A stretch of DNA of 44,693 nt from a virus (taxonomy: Duplodnaviria > Caudoviricetes), in IMG/VR virus record IMGVR_UViG_3300013099_000034, positions 1 to 44,693 of that record; one strand, written 5' to 3'. Positions 44,443 through 44,693 of the stretch are shown here, piece after piece; position 1 is the stretch's first letter; each line of letters opens with the position of its first letter. The translations under genes were made by a program, and so were the position numbers. The notes under the pieces are model-generated. The model ran no database searches. It saw only the letters and a program-made list of their open reading frames with translations, and had not been told where the DNA came from.

Positions 44443-44693
44443 GGATACCTACGCTTCAACCGGCGGCCAAGCATGCCACGTCGTAGCTTATCATACTCAC
44501 AAAGTGTGTGCTCAACAGTTCTCATGTCCCACTTTGGCCAATCGCTGGGCCAGTTGGTTGGGTAGGTGCTGGACCTAAGAATCTTGCGCATGAGAATCAC
44601 TTGCTCGTCAATCCCGGCCTGACTGGTGCGGCTAAATTCCCGGCCATATATCCAAGCCAATCCCCGCGCTGCGCCCGGCCCCGGTGATGCCCA
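44439..44693 (-). CDS. aGPT-Pplase1 / 5-hmdU DNA kinase-family protein, C-terminal fragment (starts outside the window)
   Basis: Frame is open from the window edge: WASPGPGAARGL...WDMRTVEHTLCEYDK, the characteristic C-terminal motifs of this family. Confidence 0.8.
   Translation of the reverse strand, partial: WASPGPGAARGLAWIYGREFSRTSQAGIDEQVILMRKILRSSTYPTNWPSDWPKWDMRTVEHTLCEYDKLRRGMLGRRLKRRYP

Noticed and set aside
1-44693. tRNA/rRNA genes, DGR, transposases, 7-deazaguanine genes
   Set aside because: No cloverleaf, reverse transcriptase, TR/VR pair, transposase or que/dpdA motifs recognised by eye; a tRNAscan/Infernal run would be needed to exclude RNA genes fully

Overview
About 44.7 kb of a tailed dsDNA siphovirus genome, GC-rich, with an organisation resembling the Pseudomonas phage M6/YuA group. 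Both window ends cut genes. From left to right: two small leftward genes; a ~1.4 kb non-coding control region (549-1956) with three separate repeat systems; a rightward late operon; and a leftward block. The late operon runs terS, terL, portal, a MuF head protein fused to an ADP-ribosyltransferase, scaffold, major capsid, an unusual ~5.5 kb block of acidic structural genes, head-tail connectors, tail tube, a frameshifted chaperone pair, tape measure, GTA-like tail tip, then membrane proteins and a GH108 endolysin. The leftward block holds a secreted FN3-like moron, small early genes, primase-helicase, a double-HTH protein, a PD-(D/E)XK nuclease, dCMP deaminase, family A DNA polymerase, Nmad1, an HD nucleotidase, a dUMP-hydroxymethylase-type thymidylate synthase homologue, an HNH endonuclease and the 3' end of an aGPT-Pplase1/5-hmdU DNA kinase-family gene, which points to thymidine hypermodification. 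The most notable leads are the MuF-ART toxin with a probable unannotated immunity ORF, a probable overprinted gene inside a head gene, a tandem-repeat element bounded by 21-bp inverted repeats upstream of terS, a palindromic iteron origin, and shared cis-motifs (GUGAU-loop hairpins, AAACCCG-N5-AAGGAA leaders). All product calls come from motif recognition and synteny by eye. No database searches were run.
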